The notes under the pieces: model-generated
What the model saw: only the letters and a program-made list of their open reading frames with translations
Told to the model about the DNA's origin: nothing
The model's database searches: none
In this document: positions 1 through 8,492 of the stretch, one piece after another
Position numbering within the stretch: position 1 is the stretch's first letter
How the letters are laid out: the number at the start of each line of letters is the position of its first letter
Made by a program: the position numbers and the translations under genes
IMG/VR virus record: IMGVR_UViG_3300030376_001220
Span: 1-30,943 of that record
Strand: one strand, 5' to 3'
Source of the DNA: a virus
Taxonomy: Duplodnaviria; Caudoviricetes
Length of the DNA: 30,943 nt

Positions 1-2
1 AT

Positions 3-182
3 TTATCTGTAGAGCAATTAAGATTAGTAAGCAAGATTGCCAAGTATCAGAAGCAAAGCAATGATCTTAAAGATGCTTTTGAAGATGCCAATATATTACA
101 GCAACAATATCTACAAGCATTAAAGACATCACTTAGCAATGATGAAACTACAAAAGCAATGGAAAATTCAAAGGCAAGCTAA
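3..182 (+). CDS. Partial (5'-truncated) hypothetical helical protein, ...LSVEQLRLVSKIAKYQ...MENSKAS*
   Basis: Open frame from the window start to TAA 180-182, coupled (TAATG) to the next gene; not in the ORF track. Confidence 0.6.
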   Translation, partial: LSVEQLRLVSKIAKYQKQSNDLKDAFEDANILQQQYLQALKTSLSNDETTKAMENSKAS

Positions 183-418
183 TGGAGTTAGATGGCACTA
201 TTATATGGAATGTAGTGTTAACACTTATTATTATGCCATGTGCCTGGGCTTTTAATAAAATGTTTGCAGAAGTTAAACGTCTTCAAATACTTTTAAATAA
301 AACTAGAGAAGAGTATGCTTCAAAAGAAGACTTGCGTGACACCTCAGCTAGAGTAATGGACACATTACATAGGCTAGAAGATAAGTTAGATAAGGTGCTA
401 ACAAATGGTAGTCGCTGA
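182..418 (+). CDS. Small membrane-anchored coiled-coil protein (lysis region)
   Basis: N-terminal hydrophobic helix IIWNVVLTLIIMPCAWAF followed by a coiled coil; TAATG coupling. Confidence 0.7.
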   Translation: MELDGTIIWNVVLTLIIMPCAWAFNKMFAEVKRLQILLNKTREEYASKEDLRDTSARVMDTLHRLEDKLDKVLTNGSR

Positions 419-1130
419 GGTTCTTACAGGAATAGCATTAGTCAAGAAATCCGTAGACTTTATTAAAGAAAATATCGGAACAGTAAATGATATAAAAGAC
501 ATTGCTGGTCAAATAGATGGTTTCTTTAAAGGTGAATCGGAGATGAATAAGAAAAGTGGTGGTATTGGTATTAAAGAACAATTTGGCATTGAAAGTACAG
601 CCTCTGATTTTATTGATAGGAAATTGTTAGAAGAAAAACGTCAAGAACTTAAGAATATGATTAACTTGAGATTTGGCCCTACAACTTGGGATCAGATCAT
701 AGCTGAAAGAGCAAACAGAATAAGTGAAGCTAAAGAAGCTGTACGTCTTAAGAAAGTAGAAGCTAGGCAACAACAGAAAGAAATTTTAGATTCATTCCAA
801 ACAATGGGTATTGTATTTTGTGTAATAGCTGTTCTTGCATTAGCAGTAATTGTTGCATTTAAAACTTATGCTAAAGATTATACAAGGCAGCAAAAGATTA
901 ATCGTGGCGATATAGTTCCACCAACAATGACTAAATGCAGATTAAAAAAACAAAAAGTATATAAAGATAAAATAGCTTGTATATACCAAGGTGCAAACAA
1001 AACATTTGAATTATCTTTTCAAGATATAAGAATAGGTTGTGTAAGAAACTTTTATTGTATTTTAAATCCAAATGGCAAAGAACCTAGTATTGATAAAGTC
1101 ATGGAAAGTTTAAGGAGCATTGCAAAATGA
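405..1130 (+). CDS. Hypothetical membrane protein: helical N-domain, one TM segment, Cys-rich C-domain
   Basis: 241-aa ORF with AAGGTG RBS; TM GIVFCVIAVLALAVIVAF; four Cys after the TM (CRL, CIY, GCV, YCI). Confidence 0.75.
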   Translation: MVVAEVLTGIALVKKSVDFIKENIGTVNDIKDIAGQIDGFFKGESEMNKKSGGIGIKEQFGIESTASDFIDRKLLEEKRQELKNMINLRFGPTTWDQIIAERANRISEAKEAVRLKKVEARQQQKEILDSFQTMGIVFCVIAVLALAVIVAFKTYAKDYTRQQKINRGDIVPPTMTKCRLKKQKVYKDKIACIYQGANKTFELSFQDIRIGCVRNFYCILNPNGKEPSIDKVMESLRSIAK

Positions 1131-1492
1131 TACAGTTATTAGGCCCTATAGCTAATATAGCTACAACTTGGCTTGAGGGTAGACAAGAGAAAGCCAAAGC
1201 TAAACAACAGTTAGAAGTTGCCAAAGTACAGGCACAAGTAAAACGTGTAGAACAAGATGGATCATGGGAAGAGAAAGCCATGGACGCATCTGACAACAGC
1301 TGGAAAGATGAAGCATGGACTATTACTTTCATACTGTTAATAATTGCCTGTTTTATACCAGCACTCCAACCATATATATCTGAAGGATTTAAGTTTCTAA
1401 GAGAAGATTGCCCTGAGTGGTTAAGCTATGGCATTCTTGCATCTATTGCAGCTTCTTTTGGATTAAAATCTATAGCAAAGTTAAAGAAATGA
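1127..1492 (+). CDS. Probable holin (3TM/GTA-holin-like)
   Basis: AGGAG RBS; SWKDEAWTI motif followed by two hydrophobic segments and a basic C-tail; lies just upstream of the endolysin. Confidence 0.7.
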   Translation: MIQLLGPIANIATTWLEGRQEKAKAKQQLEVAKVQAQVKRVEQDGSWEEKAMDASDNSWKDEAWTITFILLIIACFIPALQPYISEGFKFLREDCPEWLSYGILASIAASFGLKSIAKLKK

Positions 1493-1584
1493 AATCTTTT
1501 TATTTTAAAGCCTTCAAAGTATTAAATAATATGTCTAATTATTTTTATAGAAAATATGTTAATGGAGTAAGACGTGAAAGATAA
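1489..1584 (+). CDS. Unannotated 31-aa cationic/aromatic peptide MKSFYFKAFKVLNNMSNYFYRKYVNGVRRER
   Basis: ATGA overlap with the holin stop; fills the holin-endolysin gap and overlaps the endolysin start. Confidence 0.5.
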   Translation: MKSFYFKAFKVLNNMSNYFYRKYVNGVRRER

Positions 1585-2098
1585 TTTTCCTAAATGTATT
1601 GAAATGGTCTTGCATCATGAAGGTGGTTATGTTGATCACCCAAAAGACCCTGGGGGTGCTACAAATTTTGGTATAACAAAAAAAGTCTATGAAGTATATT
1701 TGGGTAGATCATGTACTAAAGATGAAGTAAAAGATATGCCAATGGAAGCTGTGTTAGATATATATAAACGTAAGTACTGGAATAAAGTAAGAGGCGATGA
1801 TTTACCAAGTGGGTTAGATTGGGCAGTATTTGATTTTGCAGTAAATGCTGGCGTATCTAGATCAGCTAAAACATTACAAGGATTTCTAGGCACACCTATA
1901 GATGGTATTATAGGGTCAGGAACATTACAAGCTATAAAAGATTATCCTACAACTTTAAAAGGTGTGATAGAAGTATTTACTGCCCAAAGATCGTCTTTTT
2001 ATAGAACCCTTAAAAACTATGATACGTTTGGTAAAGGTTGGGATAAGAGGTGTTATGAAACAAGAGTATCAGCTCTAGAAATGTTAGAGAGTACCTAA
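1574..2098 (+). CDS. Endolysin, glycoside hydrolase family 108 with C-terminal peptidoglycan-binding domain
   Basis: HEGGYVDHPKDPGGATNFGIT, FDFAVNAG, DGIIGSGT, FGKGW motifs; GTG start with GGAG RBS. Confidence 0.92.
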   Translation: MKDNFPKCIEMVLHHEGGYVDHPKDPGGATNFGITKKVYEVYLGRSCTKDEVKDMPMEAVLDIYKRKYWNKVRGDDLPSGLDWAVFDFAVNAGVSRSAKTLQGFLGTPIDGIIGSGTLQAIKDYPTTLKGVIEVFTAQRSSFYRTLKNYDTFGKGWDKRCYETRVSALEMLEST

Positions 2099-2350
2099 GC
2101 TGCTCCTGACACCTATCTGATTTGATGGTTTTTGTTTATGAATTACACCCTCATCAGGATCACGATGAGTTATATCCTCAAACATACCTTCTTCTGGTTT
2201 AGATGCTTTTGCAGTTTCTTCGAATATTCTTTTTAATTCATAGTTACGTGAGTGATTTCTGCAATCATGACATTTAGTTGGCTTTACTCTTAGGTTTCTT
2301 ACTTTCCTTAGATTACAACCACAGTCTATGCATACTTCATAATTTTGCAT
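2084..2350 (-). CDS. Small Zn-ribbon protein
   Basis: CIDC...CHDC; last gene of the - arm, overlapping the endolysin 3' end by 15 nt. Confidence 0.7.
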   Translation of the reverse strand: MQNYEVCIDCGCNLRKVRNLRVKPTKCHDCRNHSRNYELKRIFEETAKASKPEEGMFEDITHRDPDEGVIHKQKPSNQIGVRSSLGTL

Positions 2351-2351
2351 A

Positions 2352-2537
2352 TTAATTCCCTTTCTTTGGATTATAAACTCTTAGTCTTTGTATATCTGTT
2401 ATTTCATCATCACTTACTAATATACCAAATGTTTCCATAAAGTTGTCTTTTAATTTAAGTCTGTATTCATCTTCACTGTTAGCATCTATATTATTGCCAC
2501 CAAATATTATTGTTACTGTACTGGTATATTCTTGCAT
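2352..2537 (-). CDS. Hypothetical protein (61 aa)
   Basis: Tightly packed in the - strand operon. Confidence 0.6.
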   Translation of the reverse strand: MQEYTSTVTIIFGGNNIDANSEDEYRLKLKDNFMETFGILVSDDEITDIQRLRVYNPKKGN

Positions 2538-2539
2538 TG

Positions 2540-2785
2540 TTAATCTCTTTTATAATCTTTAAGTTGTAACACATTGTTTTTATTAGGTTTATTTACTTCT
2601 GTTTGTATTTCTATCAAATTAGGAGTGCCGACTAAAAGTGATAAAGTGACAACTGTAGGCACTCCAGAGATATTAAAACTATAATCAAAGTGTTGTATTG
2701 GATAATGTATATTATCACTACTTTGAATAGACTCTAAAATCTTTCTAATTTCCAAGGCAATACTTGCTGGAGATTCATATTCCAT
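2540..2785 (-). CDS. Hypothetical protein (81 aa)
   Basis: GAGG RBS, operon packing. Confidence 0.6.
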   Translation of the reverse strand: MEYESPASIALEIRKILESIQSSDNIHYPIQHFDYSFNISGVPTVVTLSLLVGTPNLIEIQTEVNKPNKNNVLQLKDYKRD

Positions 2786-2809
2786 AGTATTGCCTCAGAA
2801 TAAATTGCA

Positions 2810-3469
2810 TTAGCTAGCAATTTTTAGTTTAGTACGTGATGACTTAAAAAGTTCTTTGACCTCTTCTTGTGCCTTAGAACCCATGCTGTTGAATTTAGAT
2901 GTATTCAATGACCATACCTCATTCAATTCTTTTTTGTCTTTGACATCTGTCAATGCAGTTTTGAATGCTTGCACAGCTTCAAGATCTTTGTCAATAATTT
3001 TGTCAATCATATCACCCATAGGTAGATCTTCACCAGCATATACATTGATGCCAAGGCCATGATAAGCAAGACATTTAGTAAGACCACGTTGAAATGCATT
3101 GTTGATTTCTGTAGCATCAGGAATACGTCCAACCTTTTCTTTGTTGAATCGTGTAGTTTTCTCTGAATTGATAGCAGTCATCTTGTTGTCCATAACTGGA
3201 TATATCTCCATTATGTCAACTGTATCAATTTTGACAGATACTTTCACAAACGTATTGCCTTTGTAGTCACGCATGAATGGTAAAACATTGTGTTGATTGT
3301 CTACAAATGTATGCTTGGTAAATGTTGCAGTAGGAAATTCTTGCTTCACTGCTGCCCATGCATGAGTCCATGATACATAGTTTAGTCCATTCTTCTTTTC
3401 AATGTAACTTGATACGTCGATCTTTGATAGAACTTCCCATACCGATTTAGCTGAGGTTTTAGTTGCCAT
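2810..3469 (-). CDS. Single-strand annealing protein, Sak3/DUF1071 family
   Basis: LSKIDV..EKKNGLNYVSWTHAW and QRGLTKCLAYHGLGINVYAGEDLP motifs; adjacent to an exonuclease. Confidence 0.88.
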   Translation of the reverse strand: MATKTSAKSVWEVLSKIDVSSYIEKKNGLNYVSWTHAWAAVKQEFPTATFTKHTFVDNQHNVLPFMRDYKGNTFVKVSVKIDTVDIMEIYPVMDNKMTAINSEKTTRFNKEKVGRIPDATEINNAFQRGLTKCLAYHGLGINVYAGEDLPMGDMIDKIIDKDLEAVQAFKTALTDVKDKKELNEVWSLNTSKFNSMGSKAQEEVKELFKSSRTKLKIAS

Positions 3470-4328
3470 CTTTACTTCCCTTCTTTGGTTGATGTTTAAG
3501 TGTTACAGTATTGGATTTGCTTCTAGTGACAACAACTTTGTCGCCTTCTAGATTGCCTGACAGATCCAATACCATTTTACGACAGTTGTCAGGCAAATAG
3601 TGTTTGATAGATATCTTAGCCGTCTCTGCTATTTTATTGGCTTTGTTGGCTTCGATAATGTCCTGTGCATGAAGATTCATCTCTGACTGCATCTGACGAT
3701 CCCAGCATTCCAAATCTTTCATGTTGATACTAATTTGATCTGTCCAGTCAACAGGTGGTAGCACCTTGAACTCATCAGGCATATCATTGTTTTGATACCA
3801 ATTCCAAAACATTTTACATTGTTCCAGATATTCTTTGAGCCAAGCATCGTCTCTGTTAACTCTTCTGTATTCAAAACGACAATGAACACCGAAGAATACA
3901 GCTAGATAGCAATGATCAGCTGCTCTAGTGTGCATATGATGCTGACATTGTGCTTCATATAGGTCACATAGATCGTCCATAGGAATAAATCCCCAATGAG
4001 TTTTAGCTTCTATTGGATTCCCATCAGAAGCAATAGCATCATATGTTGAGTGTATAGGAACACCTTCATAGTCTACAGTTCTGCCTTGTCCAACTGATCC
4101 TACCTTTAGCTTTGTGTTTTTGCCAAAAGCATCAAGAACAAAAGATTCAAGATGATTACCAGCATCAAACATGAATTGTAGCTGTTTGGATATAAGTGGC
4201 TCAGACTCACCTTTCTTCTCTGATATAAGTTTAGCCCATGATTTGAAATCTCCACTAGCAATAATCTTAGCTTCTGATGAACCGATAAAATTTTTTCTTT
4301 CATTAAGCTGCTGTTGAGTTAGTGCCAT
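3459..4328 (-). CDS. YqaJ/lambda-exonuclease-like recombination nuclease
   Basis: RKNFIGSSE, GNHLE, STYD, IEAKT, Y.AQCQHHM (PD-(D/E)xK motifs). Confidence 0.88.
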   Translation of the reverse strand: MALTQQQLNERKNFIGSSEAKIIASGDFKSWAKLISEKKGESEPLISKQLQFMFDAGNHLESFVLDAFGKNTKLKVGSVGQGRTVDYEGVPIHSTYDAIASDGNPIEAKTHWGFIPMDDLCDLYEAQCQHHMHTRAADHCYLAVFFGVHCRFEYRRVNRDDAWLKEYLEQCKMFWNWYQNNDMPDEFKVLPPVDWTDQISINMKDLECWDRQMQSEMNLHAQDIIEANKANKIAETAKISIKHYLPDNCRKMVLDLSGNLEGDKVVVTRSKSNTVTLKHQPKKGSKDGN

Positions 4329-4572
4329 GATTCTTACCCTCCTGATATTGTTGTTTTAATCTGATTTCTAACCAATCCTCCTGTGCATGAGGACTGTTTC
4401 TCCCTTGCCAAGAAAGTTTACATACTTCCATGAAAAGTTCCATATTAAATCTACTGTTTCTTGATTTGGCTTTGACTGTTTTTGCAAACTGATCCATGTC
4501 TTGTGGATAGATCATAGGAGCAATTTCTTTAGCAAACCAAATAAGATCTTTACGACTGAACATTTGTGACAT
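4303..4572 (-). CDS. Hypothetical protein (89 aa)
   Basis: Strong AGGAGGT RBS; overlaps the start of the exonuclease gene. Confidence 0.7.
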   Translation of the reverse strand: MSQMFSRKDLIWFAKEIAPMIYPQDMDQFAKTVKAKSRNSRFNMELFMEVCKLSWQGRNSPHAQEDWLEIRLKQQYQEGKNHGTNSTAA

Positions 4573-4593
4573 TTTTACCTCCTAATTTTTTAT

Positions 4594-4623
4594 TTGAATA
4601 TATTGGCTTTCATGTGTAATACT
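4594..4623 (+). promoter_or_regulatory. Putative sigma70 promoter for the HTH gene (probably leaderless)
   Basis: TTGAAT 4594-4599, then TGtAATACT ending at 4623, 7 nt before ATG 4631; no SD sequence. Confidence 0.45.
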
Positions 4624-4630
4624 TCCGTAC

Positions 4631-4867
4631 ATGAATACTAAAGAAGAACAATGGATTGCTGATTTAGTTGGTCAGTTTACCCATCGTCGATATGAACTGA
4701 AGATTTCACAGAATGAACTTGACCATAGAATTGGTTGTGCAACAGGATTAGTTGCTAAGTGGGAAACTGGGAACAGAAAGCCAACAGCATTTAATTTGTA
4801 TTGTTGGGCTGAGGCCCTAAAATGTAAAATAAATGTGGAGGCGATCAATGATAATATGTGGAATTGA
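4631..4867 (+). CDS. XRE/Cro-C1 family helix-turn-helix regulator
   Basis: RRYELKISQNELDHRIGCATGLVAKWETGNRKP...WAEAL. Confidence 0.88.
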   Translation: MNTKEEQWIADLVGQFTHRRYELKISQNELDHRIGCATGLVAKWETGNRKPTAFNLYCWAEALKCKINVEAINDNMWN

Positions 4868-5339
4868 CCCAGGATTATCAGGTGGTATAGCTTTTTTTCA
4901 GAATACAGATTATCATCTTTATGCTGAGAAAGTACCAACCTATACACTAAAAACAAAGACTAAGACTAAAAGATTCTTAGATCTATGGCAAGTTATGACA
5001 ATTATTAATGATCATGACCCTGACCATGTATTTATAGAAAAACAACAAGCTATGCCAAATCAGGGACTAGTTAGCACATTTGCAACTGGTTTAGGCTATG
5101 GAGCTTATCTTGGATTACTTGTTGCTTCAGGTTATAGTTATACAGAAGTACAAGCAAGAATCTGGAAAAAAGATCTTAACTGTACTTCTGACAAAGACCA
5201 ATCAAGAGATATGGCCTCTAAGTTAATGCCCCAAGGACAACATTTCTGGACTAAGAAAAACCAAGATGGTGTTGCTGAAGCCAGTCTAATTGCCTATTGG
5301 GGTTTGAAAAAGTCTATCGAAAGATGTGTAGATGTATGA
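4848..5339 (+). CDS. RuvC-like Holliday junction resolvase
   Basis: GIDPGLSGGIA, VFIEKQ, WKK, DGVAEASLIA; start moved to ATG 4848 after GGAGG. Confidence 0.88.
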   Translation: MIICGIDPGLSGGIAFFQNTDYHLYAEKVPTYTLKTKTKTKRFLDLWQVMTIINDHDPDHVFIEKQQAMPNQGLVSTFATGLGYGAYLGLLVASGYSYTEVQARIWKKDLNCTSDKDQSRDMASKLMPQGQHFWTKKNQDGVAEASLIAYWGLKKSIERCVDV

Positions 5340-5421
5340 TGTGAGGGCATAGCAACCAACGTATACTTAATGACAGCTTATATGGCCTTTTAATGCTTGT
5401 TACCTTTCGGCTGCCCTCACA
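5340..5421. terminator. Stem-loop between convergent ruvC-like and parB-like genes
   Basis: TGTGAGGGCA 5340-5349 / TGCCCTCACA 5412-5421, perfect 10-bp inverted repeat; no clear U-tract, so function is uncertain. Confidence 0.4.
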
Positions 5422-5425
5422 AACT

Positions 5426-7024
5426 CTATACCTCTTCTAAAAACCTGATAGGGTCAAACTCAGCACCATTCTCAAATGCTTTGATGATCTTTTCCATGAC
5501 TAGCTTCTTGCCGTCAGTAGGTTGCAGATCGCATTTGATCTTGTTAGCAAGTAACCTTAGTTGGGTTATCTTGTATTTGTTGAGCCATTCTTCTGTTGGT
5601 TGGAACCAATTTTTGGCAATAGATAAGTTGTATATCTCTTTGTTTGCCTTGAATGTTTGTGACCTATCCATACAGCTAATAACTGCTTTACGTAAGATAG
5701 CAGCAAGTTCATGTTCTTGCTTACGGATAAAAAACATAAGACTATTGCATTTATGTTCTTTAGTATAATCAGACATTTCTTGCCAAAGAGTAGTAAAGTA
5801 GTCAAATGTATCTCCAGTTCTTTCATATTTGATATTGGTATAGTGTTCAACAGTATCATTCATGTGTTTGTCATCATGATATTGTGGTGTAATTGCATTA
5901 CAAGCCAAGGCAAGTGTAAAGTGTGAACCACTTGATTGTACCCAAGACTGATACTTAATCCTGTCACCTTCCCATAATTCTTTCCTTAGATAGTGATAAA
6001 ACATATCATTAGTAAGATCTAGTTGGGGATTAGACATATCAGCTAGTGTTAGATCTGGTATCTCACCATTCTCAATAGCTGCAAGTTCTTTCTTGGACAT
6101 ATCAATTTTGCTTCTGTATTTGTAAACATAGAATATACCTTTGATTGGTATTGCCATGATAACAACATCAAGATCTTTTCTACTTAGTTCTTGGCTTTTA
6201 ATCTCATGTTCATAGACTTGATCTTTGTTCTTGAGTAAACCCTTAACTTCTTGTGGATAAGTATCAATAACTACACATTCTCTGTATATTTTTTTGTAAT
6301 ACTTTTGCTTTTCTTCAATGAACTGGACAGCAAGAGGCATATATTGTGCCATGTTTGCAACATATTGTGCATCTGTAAAAAGATCACCATCAAAATCAAT
6401 AGACTTGAATAGCTTGTGTTTCTCAGGAATGATTACTTCTGATCTAAGTATTCTTACCTGACCAATCATTCTCTGTAGATCATCATAGTCAAAATGACCA
6501 TTACAATCATCATACAATCTATCCATAGTATCTTGATTTACATTGGTAAATAACTGAGCAATGCCAATACCAAACTCATTGTTACGAAATGCAGCTTTAA
6601 CCTTGTCAGATAAATCAGCAAAGGCAACACGTTGTTTGACCCATTTACTTGTCTGACCCCAGTTAACTGCCAAAGCATCGTATGTCATCTCACCATCAGC
6701 CATTACTTTACTGATTGCTTCTGATTCATCTAGTGGGTGCATACCCTCACGTAACATATTTGCCATGACACCAACTTCTGTTTCATTGTCATCAATAACT
6801 TTGCATGGAATCATCTCAGTAGAGTTTTTACCATGTATTTTCATCAAGGCTTCATAACGTCTGTTACCATCAATAACGATATAACCGACACCATTTTTCT
6901 TTACTACCAAATTGTGTAGTAGATCCCTGGACTTTATTGAGGCGATAAGAGTATCAAGATTGTTTGCCTTGACTGTTCTTACGTTCTGTGGATTTGGTTT
7001 TAGTTGATTTAATGCTATTTGCAT
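5426..7024 (-). CDS. Long ParB/Spo0J-family protein (plasmid/ICE ParB-like type), no ParA partner
   Basis: PNPQNVR, IDGNRRYEAL (GxRR), NMLREGMHPLDE, HTH, C-terminal WFQPTEEWLNKY; AAGGAG RBS. Confidence 0.88.
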   Translation of the reverse strand: MQIALNQLKPNPQNVRTVKANNLDTLIASIKSRDLLHNLVVKKNGVGYIVIDGNRRYEALMKIHGKNSTEMIPCKVIDDNETEVGVMANMLREGMHPLDESEAISKVMADGEMTYDALAVNWGQTSKWVKQRVAFADLSDKVKAAFRNNEFGIGIAQLFTNVNQDTMDRLYDDCNGHFDYDDLQRMIGQVRILRSEVIIPEKHKLFKSIDFDGDLFTDAQYVANMAQYMPLAVQFIEEKQKYYKKIYRECVVIDTYPQEVKGLLKNKDQVYEHEIKSQELSRKDLDVVIMAIPIKGIFYVYKYRSKIDMSKKELAAIENGEIPDLTLADMSNPQLDLTNDMFYHYLRKELWEGDRIKYQSWVQSSGSHFTLALACNAITPQYHDDKHMNDTVEHYTNIKYERTGDTFDYFTTLWQEMSDYTKEHKCNSLMFFIRKQEHELAAILRKAVISCMDRSQTFKANKEIYNLSIAKNWFQPTEEWLNKYKITQLRLLANKIKCDLQPTDGKKLVMEKIIKAFENGAEFDPIRFLEEV

Positions 7025-7098
7025 ATTACACTCCTTTTGTGTAGTGTTAGCGTAGGGGGGAGGTTTTTTCGTAACAGTTCCTTCAGCCCCCCTACAAA

Positions 7099-7458
7099 TT
7101 ATATAGCCTTAGTTGGCTTAGACTGATTAAGCAATCCGTGTATAAGACTCTGTAGATCCCTTTGAACAGGCTTGATATGCTTGATATCTGTACTGCTCAT
7201 ACCAATTTTAGCTGGTTCTAGCTCTTGATAACTTTGAAAGTCATTGATCTTATTGTCTTTACAAAAGTCTTTAATAGACTTTATTGCTTTTTGAGATAAC
7301 TTACTAGCATCTGAATCACTTAGATACACATACTTCTCAGCTACCTTTTCTATCTTGATTTCATTGTCATAAAATGCACCAATAAAGTCAAGAATCTTAC
7401 GTGCATTACCTTTTACTATATAGGTTTGCTCATCAATTTTTAGTTTAAAATGCATCAT
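7099..7458 (-). CDS. Hypothetical protein (119 aa)
   Basis: GGAGG RBS, coupled to the upstream gene. Confidence 0.7.
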   Translation of the reverse strand: MMHFKLKIDEQTYIVKGNARKILDFIGAFYDNEIKIEKVAEKYVYLSDSDASKLSQKAIKSIKDFCKDNKINDFQSYQELEPAKIGMSSTDIKHIKPVQRDLQSLIHGLLNQSKPTKAI

Positions 7459-7679
7459 TATTTATCCTCCATGATTTTGTCTGTGATGTATTTAGATGTG
7501 AATGCAACAGCTAGCCACAAGGGAGCTGCAACAACTGACACAACAAGTGTTGGGTTAACACCGATTGCCAATAAAGCAATAAGTACAAATATTGTTGAAC
7601 AAATATGTACTGTGCAAAACCAACCAAGCCAGTTTGCTTTTCTTGATATTGGTTTGATTGTTTTGATTTTTTCCCACAT
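7458..7679 (-). CDS. Small two-TM membrane protein
   Basis: Two hydrophobic segments; TAATG coupling on both sides. Confidence 0.7.
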   Translation of the reverse strand: MWEKIKTIKPISRKANWLGWFCTVHICSTIFVLIALLAIGVNPTLVVSVVAAPLWLAVAFTSKYITDKIMEDK

Positions 7680-8035
7680 TAGGCTACGATCCTTCCATTT
7701 AGATTAGCTTGTTTTGCATATTCATTTATTGTTGATTTGGCTTTCCAATGTATATCTCTTTCAATACCCAAAGCACCACCAAGTAATTTGACATTTTGTA
7801 ACTCATCATGATGTACATATCCTAGTTCTGGGTAACCATGACCCATATCACAAAGACCAAACATCATACCTTCTTCGTCCATTTCAGTTATGAGCCAAGT
7901 TGCAGACCCTACTGGACTGAACAGCTTGACTATCGGTGCAAAATCAATCTCTCCTTTGTCTGCGTTTTGTGCCTTGACGTTTGCATGGTAATTTGCGATC
8001 AACTGTTTTTTCAATGACTGTGTTAGTAATTGCAT
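7679..8035 (-). CDS. DUF2958-family protein
   Basis: DFAPIVKLFSPVGSATWLITE...FGLCDMGHGYPELGYV...GIERD; start moved to ATG 8035 after GGGAG. Confidence 0.85.
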   Translation of the reverse strand: MQLLTQSLKKQLIANYHANVKAQNADKGEIDFAPIVKLFSPVGSATWLITEMDEEGMMFGLCDMGHGYPELGYVHHDELQNVKLLGGALGIERDIHWKAKSTINEYAKQANLNGRIVA

Positions 8036-8219
8036 TTTGTAACTCCCTGAGTTTCTGATTAGTTTCAATAAGTAATGTATCTCTTTCATATAGTTTCCAT
8101 TGTAAATGGCCTATATGATTGTTTGCATCAACAAGAGCAGCTGTTCTCTGTGTTAGTTTAGTTTCTAACTCTTCGTAGCTTTGTTCTTCTTGTAGCTGTT
8201 CTTGCCAGTCTTTAGACAT
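7944..8219 (-). CDS. Hypothetical coiled-coil protein (91 aa)
   Basis: AAGGAGG RBS; C-terminus overlaps DUF2958 by 92 nt. Confidence 0.65.
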   Translation of the reverse strand: MSKDWQEQLQEEQSYEELETKLTQRTAALVDANNHIGHLQWKLYERDTLLIETNQKLRELQNAITNTVIEKTVDRKLPCKRQGTKRRQRRD

Positions 8220-8410
8220 AAGCCCTCCTTTTCATAGTTAATAAGATATTGTAAATAAGTTTTGGCTTTTTCTAAATCTTCAATTCCATTCTTCTGTTTA
8301 TACCTAAGAATGTATTTAATTATATTGCCTTGTAAGTATGATAAATTATTCTGTGTTATAAACTCTACTGGTTCTATTTTAAATTGTTCGTAATGTTGTG
8401 GCGATATCAT
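8165..8410 (-). CDS. DUF3310 (SaV-like / T7 gp1.7-related) protein
   Basis: PQHY..IEPVEFI..GNIIKYILRY..KNGIEDLEKA motif; GGAG RBS. Confidence 0.85.
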   Translation of the reverse strand: MISPQHYEQFKIEPVEFITQNNLSYLQGNIIKYILRYKQKNGIEDLEKAKTYLQYLINYEKEGLCLKTGKNSYKKNKATKS

Positions 8411-8492
8411 TTTTTTCTCCAGTAAAATAGGGAGAGCCTAAGGGTTTATATGTACAAAGCTCTCCCAATCCGTCTATTGATCCGTGTAGGAC

